Below, one piece after another: positions 17,279-24,693 of a DNA stretch of 35,624 nt. Source of the stretch: Candidatus Rokuibacteriota bacterium (GTDB lineage: Bacteria; JAUVQV01; DATDCY01); the NCBI GenBank assembly GCA_031406795.1, contig JANOHV010000265.1, positions 1 to 35,624 of the forward strand, written 5' to 3'. The notes beneath the pieces were generated by a model. The model saw nothing but the letters and a program-made list of their open reading frames with translations, was not told the origin of the DNA and ran no database searches. The position numbers and the translations under genes were made by a program. How positions within the stretch are numbered: the first letter of the stretch is position 1; each line of letters opens with the position of its first letter.

Positions 17279-19348
17279 CTATCTATTCTGCGTCGCCGGG
17301 AACTCCGGTGAGCGTCCATCGGAAACCCGATCGTTCTTCCACAGCAGCGCCGTGTTCTTCCCGGCCACTTTCGCCTGAAGAAGCGACTGGTCCGCCCTCC
17401 GGAGCAGTTCTTCCGCGACAGTCGACGTGTCGGGATAGATGGAAAGGCCGACGCTCACGGTGAACTTCCGCTGAGGGCCGGCGGCCGCGTCGGCCGGCAG
17501 CCCCGTGGACTCGATGAGGGTACGGATCTTTTCGATGGTGTTCATCGCGCCGTCGCCATCGGTTCCGGGGAGGACGAGCACGAACTCGTCGCCTCCGTAG
17601 CGGGCGAGGATATCGACCGATCGCAGCTGCTGCCGGACGGTGCCGGCGATCAGCTTCAGGACTCTGTCGCCGTACTCGTGGCCCATGCTGTCGTTCACGT
17701 TCTTGAAGGAATCGATGTCGAGCATCGCGACGGCCAGCCGCTGTCCGAACCGCTGTGCCCGCTGCAGTTCGATGGTGAGCTGCTCATCGAGGAAGCGCCG
17801 GTTGTGGACGCCGGTGAGGTGGTCGATGGAGGAGGAGACCCGCAGCGCCTGGACCTCCTCTTCAAGCCGGGCCTTGCAGATCGCAGCCGAGGCCTGCAGG
17901 CTCAGCCGTTCGAGCAGCGACAGATCGCGGGGGGTGAAGACCTCCTCGCCGTCGCGCTCCGTGAGATGCAGCACGCCAAGCGCGCTCCCATTGTCGCGCA
18001 GCGGCACCGACATGTAGGATCGCGAGGCATAGGGAAACTCCCGCGCCCCAGTCCGTCCGGGTTCCGGGCCGGTGTCCTGGACCAACAGTGAGCGCCGGTT
18101 GAAGAAGACCTTGTGAGAGACGGAATCGGGGACCAGCTCTGCGATGGTACCGGAGATCGGCGCGTGGTCGCCCCGCAAGGCGTGCGCGGTGATCCGCCCC
18201 TTCTCCTCGGCCAGCAGGATTGATCCCCGCCGCGCCCGCAAGCTGCACATGGCGGCCTCGAGAGCGAGCGGGAGCAGCTCATCGACGCTGTGGGCAGTGA
18301 GACACTTCTCGGCCATCTGGCCGAGCAGCTTCGCCTCCTCATCGCGCTGTTGGGCCCGTTCCCGACACTTCAGGTGCACCACCCGCGCCGCGACGAAGGC
18401 CGCGGCCGATTCCAGCAGCCTCAGATCCCCGACGCTCATCGCCGCAGTGGACACCGCAAGATAGCCTGCGACGCTCGTGCCATGGTCGAGTCGCTGGACA
18501 ACCAGCGGCACGTCGGCGCAATCGAGACCGGCCCTGAGCATCGCCTGGCGATCGGCGAGGACCAGGCGCGATCCCCGACCGTGCAGCTCGAAGATCCGCG
18601 GCCAGTCCTGGTTGGCCAGCACGTGCAGCGTCTCCTCCCCCAACCCGATCGAAGAATGCACTTCGAGCCGGTCGGCCGCATCCCCCGTGAGCAGTATCGC
18701 CGCTCCGGTCATCGCAAAGATCCGGCCGAGCGATTCGAGCACTTCCCTCGTCCCACCCGGACCGCTCTCGTGAAACGCAGTCGCCTGCCGCGCAAAATCG
18801 ATCAGCCCGCGCCTTTGATCGAGCTGGTTGCGGCGATGCGCCAACCGCGTGTCCCCGGCGGTGAACGAGGTCGCCAGGCGCCGCACGAAGGCGGCGATCC
18901 GGTCCAGCTCCGGGGTGCCGAGAGTCCGCACACCGGCCAGGCTCTCCAGGAACAACTCACGGGAAAGCTGATAGCGTTCGATGAACCCGAGGCACTGTTC
19001 CCCGCCGAACACCTCGGTGAGCACCCGCCCGACGAGGATGACCGAATGCAACCGATTGCGCCTGCGGATCGGTATGACACGGAAGTTCAGTCCGGCATAG
19101 CACCGGCCGGAGAGGATCTTCCGGGCATCCCGGCACCTCGCAACCTTGCTGAAACAGTCCTTCTGACAGGCCGCCTGCGTTTCGGGGTACCGCTTGAAGA
19201 AAGCGCACAGCGCCGGGAGCTTCGGGGGTGCGTGCACGACGATCCCCTTTGCATCGAAGACCTGGACGGAAAGGCCTGCGAACTCCGAAAAAATGTTCTG
19301 GAATTCGGACCAGAGACCGTCGCTGTTACCGATGCGCGTCGCCGACAA
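17279..19348 (-). CDS. Diguanylate cyclase with PocR-like sensor and GAF domains
   Basis: PocR-like C...C...CYAGL N-terminus, GAF (SYMSVPL..GVLHL..FTPRDL), DHLTGVHNRR, RYGGDEF active site, RSVD I-site; TTG start with AAGGAG RBS. Confidence 0.92.
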   Translation of the reverse strand: MSATRIGNSDGLWSEFQNIFSEFAGLSVQVFDAKGIVVHAPPKLPALCAFFKRYPETQAACQKDCFSKVARCRDARKILSGRCYAGLNFRVIPIRRRNRLHSVILVGRVLTEVFGGEQCLGFIERYQLSRELFLESLAGVRTLGTPELDRIAAFVRRLATSFTAGDTRLAHRRNQLDQRRGLIDFARQATAFHESGPGGTREVLESLGRIFAMTGAAILLTGDAADRLEVHSSIGLGEETLHVLANQDWPRIFELHGRGSRLVLADRQAMLRAGLDCADVPLVVQRLDHGTSVAGYLAVSTAAMSVGDLRLLESAAAFVAARVVHLKCRERAQQRDEEAKLLGQMAEKCLTAHSVDELLPLALEAAMCSLRARRGSILLAEEKGRITAHALRGDHAPISGTIAELVPDSVSHKVFFNRRSLLVQDTGPEPGRTGAREFPYASRSYMSVPLRDNGSALGVLHLTERDGEEVFTPRDLSLLERLSLQASAAICKARLEEEVQALRVSSSIDHLTGVHNRRFLDEQLTIELQRAQRFGQRLAVAMLDIDSFKNVNDSMGHEYGDRVLKLIAGTVRQQLRSVDILARYGGDEFVLVLPGTDGDGAMNTIEKIRTLIESTGLPADAAAGPQRKFTVSVGLSIYPDTSTVAEELLRRADQSLLQAKVAGKNTALLWKNDRVSDGRSPEFPATQNR

Positions 19349-19393
19349 GTTGCCTTCTCCTTCTATGAACAGTTCTCGTTACGGAGGTGGTTA

Positions 19394-19536
19394 TGCAATA
19401 AGCGTGCTCGAACAGCATCTCTCTGGCGCTTCCCTTCCCTCGTAACGATTTGTTTTTGTAGCTTTATTTCTTGGGGCATTCTTGTGCATGTTCACCCATT
19501 CACGTCTACACTGGTCAACTGTAAGTATTTCCGACA
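19394..19536 (-). promoter_or_regulatory. Sigma-54-like promoter layout (variant -24/-12, IHF-like site, enhancer-like site)
   Basis: GAGCACG-CTTA-TTGCA (19409-19394); AAACAA-N4-TTA IHF-like site (19455-19443); TGT-N11-ACA (19520-19536). The -24 GG is AG. Confidence 0.45.
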
Positions 19537-19656
19537 CTTCCCGTAGACTTGACGCCGAATCAAGCGTCCCGGGGATGCCGCGAAAATCAGTTTCCCGAGT
19601 GCTTCTGTTGCATCTGTTGCATCAATACCAATCGTCATCCTGAACAAGAGGAATTC

Positions 19657-19665
19657 TGCTAGAAT
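19657..19665 (+). promoter_or_regulatory. Candidate extended -10 of galE
   Basis: TGCTAGAAT about 60 nt upstream of the galE ATG. Confidence 0.4.
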
Positions 19666-19727
19666 AATGCGCGAACTCGGCTTTTCTGTATGCGTGACCC
19701 GCAGGCAAACGGGAGGAACTCGTCCCC

Positions 19728-20759
19728 ATGACCAAACGCATCCTCGTGACGGGCGGCACCGGCTACATCGGCTCCCACACGGTCGTCGAGTTGCAGAAGG
19801 CCGGCTACAATGCCCTCATCGTCGATGACCTTTCGAACTCCAACATTGGCGTGCTCGACGGCATCCAGGAGATCACCGGCATCCGGCCGGCCTTCGAGCG
19901 GTTCAACCTGCAGCACCGCGAGAAGGTCAACGGGCTGTTTTCATCCTACGGCCCCATCGACGCGGTCATTCATTTCGCCGCCTCGAAATCCGTCGGCGAA
20001 TCGGTGAGCAAGCCGCTCGACTACTATCGGAACAACCTGATTTCCCTGATCAACGTGCTCGACGCGATGCGCACCTACCGGACCGCCGGCATCGTCTTCT
20101 CATCGTCGTGCACCGTCTACGGCCAGCCCGGGACACTGCCCGTCACCGAGGAGGCGCCGTTCCAGAGGGCGGCATCGCCCTACGGCAACACCAAGCGCAT
20201 TTGCGAAGAGATACTCCAGGACGCCATCGCCGCCGAGGACTTCCTGCGCGGCATCGCGCTGCGCTATTTCAACCCCATCGGCGCCCACCCGAGCGCACTG
20301 ATCGGTGAGTTGCCTTCAGGGATCCCCGACAACCTCGTCCCGTACATCACGCAAACCGCGATCGGAGTCCGGAAGGAGCTGCGCGTCTTCGGCGACGACT
20401 ACAATACGCCGGACGGCAGCTGCATCCGCGATTACATCCACGTCGTCGATCTTGCGCAGGCTCACGTCGCCGCCGTAAGCCGGCTGCTGGAGAACCGGGC
20501 AAAGTCCGCATTCGAATACTTCAATATCGGCACCGGCACCGGCTATTCGGTACTCCAGGTCGTCCGCGCCTTCGAGAAGGTCTCGGGGGTCAATCTCAGC
20601 TACCGCATCGTCGATCGCCGCCCCGGCGACATCGAGCAGGTCTGGGCCGACACGAGCCTCGCCAATCGCGAGCTGGGCTGGAAAGCCGAACGCGGCCTCG
20701 AGGAGATGCTGGCGTCAGCGTGGAAGTGGGAGCAGCGCTACCGCAAGCGGTCGGTGTGA
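19728..20759 (+). CDS. galE: UDP-glucose 4-epimerase
   Basis: TGGTGYIGSH, HFAA.KSVGES, FSSSCTVYG, YGNTK, LRYFNPIGAH, DGSCIRDYIHVVDLA, RRPGD. Confidence 0.96.
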   Translation: MTKRILVTGGTGYIGSHTVVELQKAGYNALIVDDLSNSNIGVLDGIQEITGIRPAFERFNLQHREKVNGLFSSYGPIDAVIHFAASKSVGESVSKPLDYYRNNLISLINVLDAMRTYRTAGIVFSSSCTVYGQPGTLPVTEEAPFQRAASPYGNTKRICEEILQDAIAAEDFLRGIALRYFNPIGAHPSALIGELPSGIPDNLVPYITQTAIGVRKELRVFGDDYNTPDGSCIRDYIHVVDLAQAHVAAVSRLLENRAKSAFEYFNIGTGTGYSVLQVVRAFEKVSGVNLSYRIVDRRPGDIEQVWADTSLANRELGWKAERGLEEMLASAWKWEQRYRKRSV

Positions 20760-21059
20760 CGCCAGGATAATGCGGCGGAACGATTCACTCGTCGCCGCCC
20801 ATTCAACCAGATCAACACGGAAAGGAAGGTCGCTTTCTTCGAAGGCCTCCTCGAGACCGGTACGTACCCCTCGAGGGAGCGGATCGTCTCCGAGGACAAC
20901 CAGGTCGAGATCAGAATAACGTTTGACCGTTCCCACAGCCCGGGAACCAATCACCCACACCTCGCGTCCGGGGATGTGATCCCGGATAATCCGCCGCACC
21001 AACTCCGCGTGAACCGGTTCGAGATCGATCACCCCCGCCACTTCAGTATCATTCGCCAC
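20715..21059 (-). CDS. Minimal nucleotidyltransferase (MNT) antitoxin; native 3' end probably lost at a junction
   Basis: GS-x10-DLD (GSRAVGTVKRYSDLD), SDLPFRVDLV; GTG start inferred (21059 or 21032); last codons run antisense into galE. Confidence 0.85.
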   Translation of the reverse strand: MANDTEVAGVIDLEPVHAELVRRIIRDHIPGREVWVIGSRAVGTVKRYSDLDLVVLGDDPLPRGVRTGLEEAFEESDLPFRVDLVEWAATSESFRRIILASHRPLAVALLPLPR

Positions 21060-21468
21060 GGCGTGCCTGCAAACGTGCCAACAGATCGGTGACTTCGCGT
21101 TCGAAACCGGCGATGACGGCGTAGACCTCGGCCGCCTTTCTTGCATTGTAGGTGTGGGCCGTGAGATTCCGCTTTTCCCGAAACTCAAACCATGCCGGGA
21201 CATCGACTATGAGGCCCCTTTCCCCGGCAACCCGAAAAAGCTGCTTGAAAGAATAGCCGTCGATTTCCGCCGAACTCATAGCCTCGCGCTCCATCTGGCG
21301 CTTCAACATCTTCCAGGCAAGCTCGAAGGTGTACTCGAAACGCTGGATGCAGGCATCGCGCAATTCCTCATCCCCTGGTGTGCCGGCTGACCGCAAAAGT
21401 GCGCGGCGCAGGCTCGTCAGCGCCCCCTCCAGCGAGGTGAAATCAAGTGGGGCCGGAGAGTTGCTCAT
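21049..21468 (-). CDS. HEPN-fold nucleotidyltransferase substrate-binding protein (HI0074 family), putative toxin
   Basis: RDACIQRFEYTFELAWK and RNLTAHTY (R-x4-H-x-Y); overlaps the MNT gene. Confidence 0.9.
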   Translation of the reverse strand: MSNSPAPLDFTSLEGALTSLRRALLRSAGTPGDEELRDACIQRFEYTFELAWKMLKRQMEREAMSSAEIDGYSFKQLFRVAGERGLIVDVPAWFEFREKRNLTAHTYNARKAAEVYAVIAGFEREVTDLLARLQARRGE

Positions 21469-21541
21469 CGATCGCTCGATCCCTTCCATGCCTTGCATTC
21501 TAACTTATATCCCCCGTTGAATGCAGCCTCACGCCTTGAGT

Positions 21542-21830
21542 CGCGTACTCGTTCTCCCTGACCAGGTTCCCCGCTGCCTCGAGCACCTCCAGGGCCAGAT
21601 CGAACTCGAGCCGCCCGGCCCGCATGCCGGTCGCCAGGACATTCCGGAACTCACTGCGCCAGAGCAAGGGAACCGACCCAAAGGGTCCCTGTTCAACACT
21701 TGCTCCGCTATCCCGGTTCCAGTCGATGGCAGGTAGAGACCGACAATGAGGGTGGTGTCGGCAACGATCACGGACGACCCGTGTGCCGTGCTTCGGCGAT
21801 CTTTTCCAACGACAGGGGATGACCGCCCAC
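21542..21830 (-). pseudogene. vapC: vapBC fragment: antitoxin C-terminus plus frameshifted N-terminal part of a PIN toxin
   Basis: ...LSLEKIAEARHTGRP* overlapping GTG of VIVADTTLIVGLYLP...RDP, frameshift, then VPLLWRSEFRNVLA...LVRENEYA, truncated. Confidence 0.8.
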
Positions 21831-21902
21831 ACTGGTAGAGGCCGATCCCGAGGCGGGGCAACTTCAATTTTCTACCATGGTCGAAAATAGCCGTGAGTAT
21901 AT

Positions 21903-21931
21903 TTGACACCAGGTGAAAATCACTGTATCTT
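21903..21931 (+). promoter_or_regulatory. Sigma-70 promoter with internal inverted repeat; probably leaderless transcript
   Basis: TTGACA-N17-TATCTT, ATG 6 nt after the -10, no SD; GTGA-AAA-TCAC in the spacer. Confidence 0.6.
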
Positions 21932-21937
21932 CAACAC

Positions 21938-23056
21938 ATGGTCAATGTCCGCCGGTACCTCTTCGGCCAACTGCGACGCGACCTCGCGCGCAAGATGGTC
22001 TTCGTCGCCGGACCGAGACAGGTCGGTAAAACCACTCTCGCAAAAAGCCTGCCGGGCGCCGCAGCCGGTTACCTGAACTGGGACATCGCAGAGCATCGGG
22101 AACGAATCCTCAGGCGCGAGCTGCCGGTGGGTCCGCTCTGGATCTTCGATGAGATACATAAATATCGGCCCTGGCGGAATTACCTCAAGGGTCTTTTCGA
22201 TGCTCGACGCGCGGGGCAACACATTCTCGTGACAGGCAGCGCGCGGCTGGATCTCTACCGCCGCGGCGGCGACTCCCTCCAGGGACGTTACCATCTCCTG
22301 CGCATCCACCCCTTCTCGGCCAGGGAACTCGGAATCCGCTCCCCGTCGGAGTTGCGCGATCTGCTGGTCCTCGGTGGCTTCCCCGAGCCGTACTTCAGTG
22401 GGTCGGAAGCCGAGGCCCGGCGCTGGTCGCGGGAATACCGCACTCTGATTGTGAGAGAGGAAGTCGCGGATCTGGAGCGGGTCCAGGACCTCGGCACCCT
22501 CGAGTTGCTCGCCTTACGGCTGCCCGATCTCGTCGGGTCCCCCCTCTCCGTCAACGCCCTCCGGGAAGACCTCCAGATCAGCCACAAGACAGCCTCGCGC
22601 TGGATCGATATCCTGGAACGCCTCTATGCTGTGTTCCGAATACCTCCCTTCGGAGCGGCCCGCATCCGCGCCGTGAAGAAGGAACGGAAGCATTACCAGT
22701 GGGACTGGTCAACGGTACGCGAAGAACCAGCCCGCTTCGAGAATCTGGTCGCCGCTCACCTGCTCAAATGGGTGCATTACCGTCAGGACGTGGAAGGGCT
22801 TGATATCGAACTGCATTACTTCCGGGACACCGATGGACGGGAGGTGGACTTCGTGGTCGCCGAAAACCGCACCCCGACCCTGATGGTGGAGTGCAAATGG
22901 GGCGATCAACCCGTCGACAAGTCCCTGTTCTACCTCAAGGCCCGTTTCCCGGACTGTCCCGCCTGGCAGGTGAGCATGACCGGCATCAAGGACTACCGCA
23001 CTGTGGAGGGCATCCGGGTCGCGCCGGCACTCGCGCTTCTCGGGACATTGGTGTAA
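21938..23056 (+). CDS. AAA-family ATPase with DUF4143 / PD-(D/E)XK-like C-terminus
   Basis: GPRQVGKTT, IFDEIH, VTGSA, SLQGR, GGFPE, FENLV, YFRD..GREVDF...VECK. Confidence 0.9.
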   Translation: MVNVRRYLFGQLRRDLARKMVFVAGPRQVGKTTLAKSLPGAAAGYLNWDIAEHRERILRRELPVGPLWIFDEIHKYRPWRNYLKGLFDARRAGQHILVTGSARLDLYRRGGDSLQGRYHLLRIHPFSARELGIRSPSELRDLLVLGGFPEPYFSGSEAEARRWSREYRTLIVREEVADLERVQDLGTLELLALRLPDLVGSPLSVNALREDLQISHKTASRWIDILERLYAVFRIPPFGAARIRAVKKERKHYQWDWSTVREEPARFENLVAAHLLKWVHYRQDVEGLDIELHYFRDTDGREVDFVVAENRTPTLMVECKWGDQPVDKSLFYLKARFPDCPAWQVSMTGIKDYRTVEGIRVAPALALLGTLV

Positions 23057-23059
23057 TCC

Positions 23060-23340
23060 AAAACAACTCGCTCGGCCCCCGACAAAAACCTCAGGCGCCA
23101 CGGCCCTCTCGGGAAATGCCTTGAGCACCTGGCAATCCGACGTCACCTGCAAGGCGTTCAACCCTTCCTCCAGGGCGACAAACTCCCAGTCGTACGCGCT
23201 GCGGCCGCTCACGGCGGCCAACTCCAGGACCTTTTCGTCCGGAACCGCGTACTCGTTCTCCCTGACCAGGCCCCGGGGGACCGCCCACCCGAGCCCGCAG
23301 ACGACGTGCGTTGACGAGAGCATCCTCGACCCGGACCACC
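23060..23340 (-). pseudogene. vapC: Internally deleted vapBC: antitoxin middle joined to the PIN toxin C-terminal part
   Basis: VRVEDALVNARRLRARVGG followed by LVRENEYAVPDEKVLELAAVSGRSAYDWEFVAL...VTSD..VLKAFP; no start or native stop. Confidence 0.78.
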
Positions 23341-23420
23341 ACCGCGAACGGGATCCAAGTGGGAACAGCGCTACCGCAGCAATTGACCTCTACGTGCCTC
23401 CGTCATCTATTGCTTTCATG

Positions 23421-23484
23421 AAAAAGAGATTCCTTGCGTCTGTTCAGGGTGCTCTCAATTGAATCCAAGTCAATCCTCTTCTGT
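23421..23484 (-). terminator. Long imperfect stem-loop ending in a U-run (possible terminator or 3' domain of the ncRNA)
   Basis: Minus strand AAGAGGATT..CTTG..TTCA...TGAA...CAAG.AATCTCTTTTT. Confidence 0.4.
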
Positions 23485-23489
23485 ATAGT

Positions 23490-23675
23490 CCGGAGACGCG
23501 GAGCCATTCAGCTATCGTGCTCTTCGGCTAAGGTTGCTCCCATGCTCTTCGGATGGAGTCTGGCTCTAAGCCGGACACGTGGGGTGTCAACCCTCAATGT
23601 AAAGGCTCTCACAGAAGCCATGGTCTGGGCTATGACCTGTCACCAGATCATTCGCACCTGCTCCCCTGTCTCCGG
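23490..23675 (-). ncRNA. Candidate structured ncRNA downstream of the DIP1984-like gene
   Basis: Closing helices CCGGAGAC/GTCTCCGG and GGAGC/GCTCC enclose several hairpins including ATGATCTG-GTGA-CAGGTCAT; CCGAAGAGCA occurs twice; no credible ORF. Confidence 0.6.
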
Positions 23676-23682
23676 TTCCCTG

Positions 23683-24222
23683 TTACTCGTCCTGATAATC
23701 CACCACCGCCTCAAAAGACGCGCGCCGCAGCTTTCTGTTCAGCTCTCTGAAAGCCAACCTCGCCTCTTCCAGATTCTTGACGCATTCAACGTAGGGAACT
23801 TCACTTTCCTCGATAATGTCCCGGCCCTCCTTGTAAATCACCCGCTGGTAGGCTGAGCTCACAACCTGAGTGTGGAGCTCGCCGATCCTTTCGTTTATCG
23901 CCTTGCGAGCATCCAGGGCTTCGCTCAAATTCACGGCTTCACCGCCAAGGTCGATACGGCAATCGAAGTTGGCCTTCTGGATCGAGCTGTTGAGTTTGCG
24001 CCGCTTATATTCCAATTTCCTGAGCTGCTCGCGCGTCTCGGACACATCGAAGGTAGGGCTGGGACGCCGCATTCCCTCATCTTCTCTCGACAACATGAAT
24101 TTGTTCTTATTCTGTTTCGATTCAGGCAGGCAGTCTTTTAGAGTCTTGGTCCTGGCGTCGTACTCGGCCCGGAGTTCCAAGGCCTCGTACAAGTACAATC
24201 GTTTCTTGATAGCGTCGACCAT
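23683..24222 (-). CDS. Helical/coiled-coil protein resembling the DIP1984 family
   Basis: Twice-repeated L.EAL..R motif (LYEALELRAEY; LSEALDARKAI) and KLN..IQ.ANF / ELNRKLRRASF; family assignment from recall, not a search. Confidence 0.65.
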   Translation of the reverse strand: MVDAIKKRLYLYEALELRAEYDARTKTLKDCLPESKQNKNKFMLSREDEGMRRPSPTFDVSETREQLRKLEYKRRKLNSSIQKANFDCRIDLGGEAVNLSEALDARKAINERIGELHTQVVSSAYQRVIYKEGRDIIEESEVPYVECVKNLEEARLAFRELNRKLRRASFEAVVDYQDE

Positions 24223-24256
24223 GTCAAATCCCCCCCCTCGCCGTGGAATGTGGCAA

Positions 24257-24281
24257 AAGCGACGTCGCTTCGAGAATCATA
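24257..24281 (-). promoter_or_regulatory. -10 box and perfect 14-bp palindromic operator candidate
   Basis: TATGAT (24281-24276) followed by AAGCGACGTCGCTT (24257-24270). Confidence 0.5.
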
Positions 24282-24324
24282 ATGCCAGCAAAATCTCTTC
24301 GTGACCACGCTTTCATGCGATTCT

Positions 24325-24693
24325 TCAAACTGCCATCCCCGCCAGCGCGAAACGCTCCAGCATCCGGCGCGGCCACCACTTTTTCGTCCCCTCCAGAGTC
24401 AGGGCGGGCACGTCGTTGCGGACATAGGCGGTTGTGGTCACCACGTCGTACACGGGAGCCATGGTCACGGGCCCCTCGGGGGATGGGTACAGGACACCGA
24501 AATTTTTCAAGTGCGCATCGCCGTTCCTCACCATCACCGAAAGAACAAGCGAAGAAAAGAACTGCTCCCTGGCCGCCAGGAGATGCTCGCCGTGTATGAA
24601 GTCGCGAATGCTCTTCGCCACCCGCTCGTAGCTGCTGGTGTATTTTTGCGGCGTCCCCAAGGCCTGGAGGCTGCAAAAATCCTCAAAACCCAG
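24325..24693 (-). pseudogene. hipA: HipA kinase internal fragment
   Basis: LGFEDFCSL...KY..SYE...RNGDAHLKNFG...MAPVYD; lacks the N-terminal half, a credible start and hipB. Confidence 0.85.

Larger units (their letters stand above)
20724..23378 (+). mobile_element. Integrated segment flanked by a 22-bp duplication of the galE 3' end
   Basis: AAGTGGGAGCAGCGCTACCGCA (20724-20745) vs AAGTGGGAACAGCGCTACCGCA (23357-23378); no integrase in the window. Confidence 0.6.

Noticed and set aside
19549-19563. FNR/CRP-like site TTGAC-GCCGA-ATCAA
   Set aside because: Spacer is 5 nt rather than the required 4.
19604-19621. Tandem TCTGTTGCA x2 upstream of galE
   Set aside because: Only two short units, with no supporting context.
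23490-23675. Group II intron remnant, tRNA or RNase P identity for the structured RNA
   Set aside because: GTGCG and a GTGA-capped hairpin are present, but I see no domain V, no T-loop/cloverleaf and no RNase P conserved regions; a covariance search is still needed.
23763-23773. 11-bp match to the 3' end of the receiver gene at 25344
   Set aside because: Lies inside an intact CDS and is short enough to be chance.
23434-23856. Plus-strand ORFs 23434-23856 and 23553-23750
   Set aside because: No SD or recognisable motifs, overlap the minus-strand gene, and the region is better explained by RNA structure.
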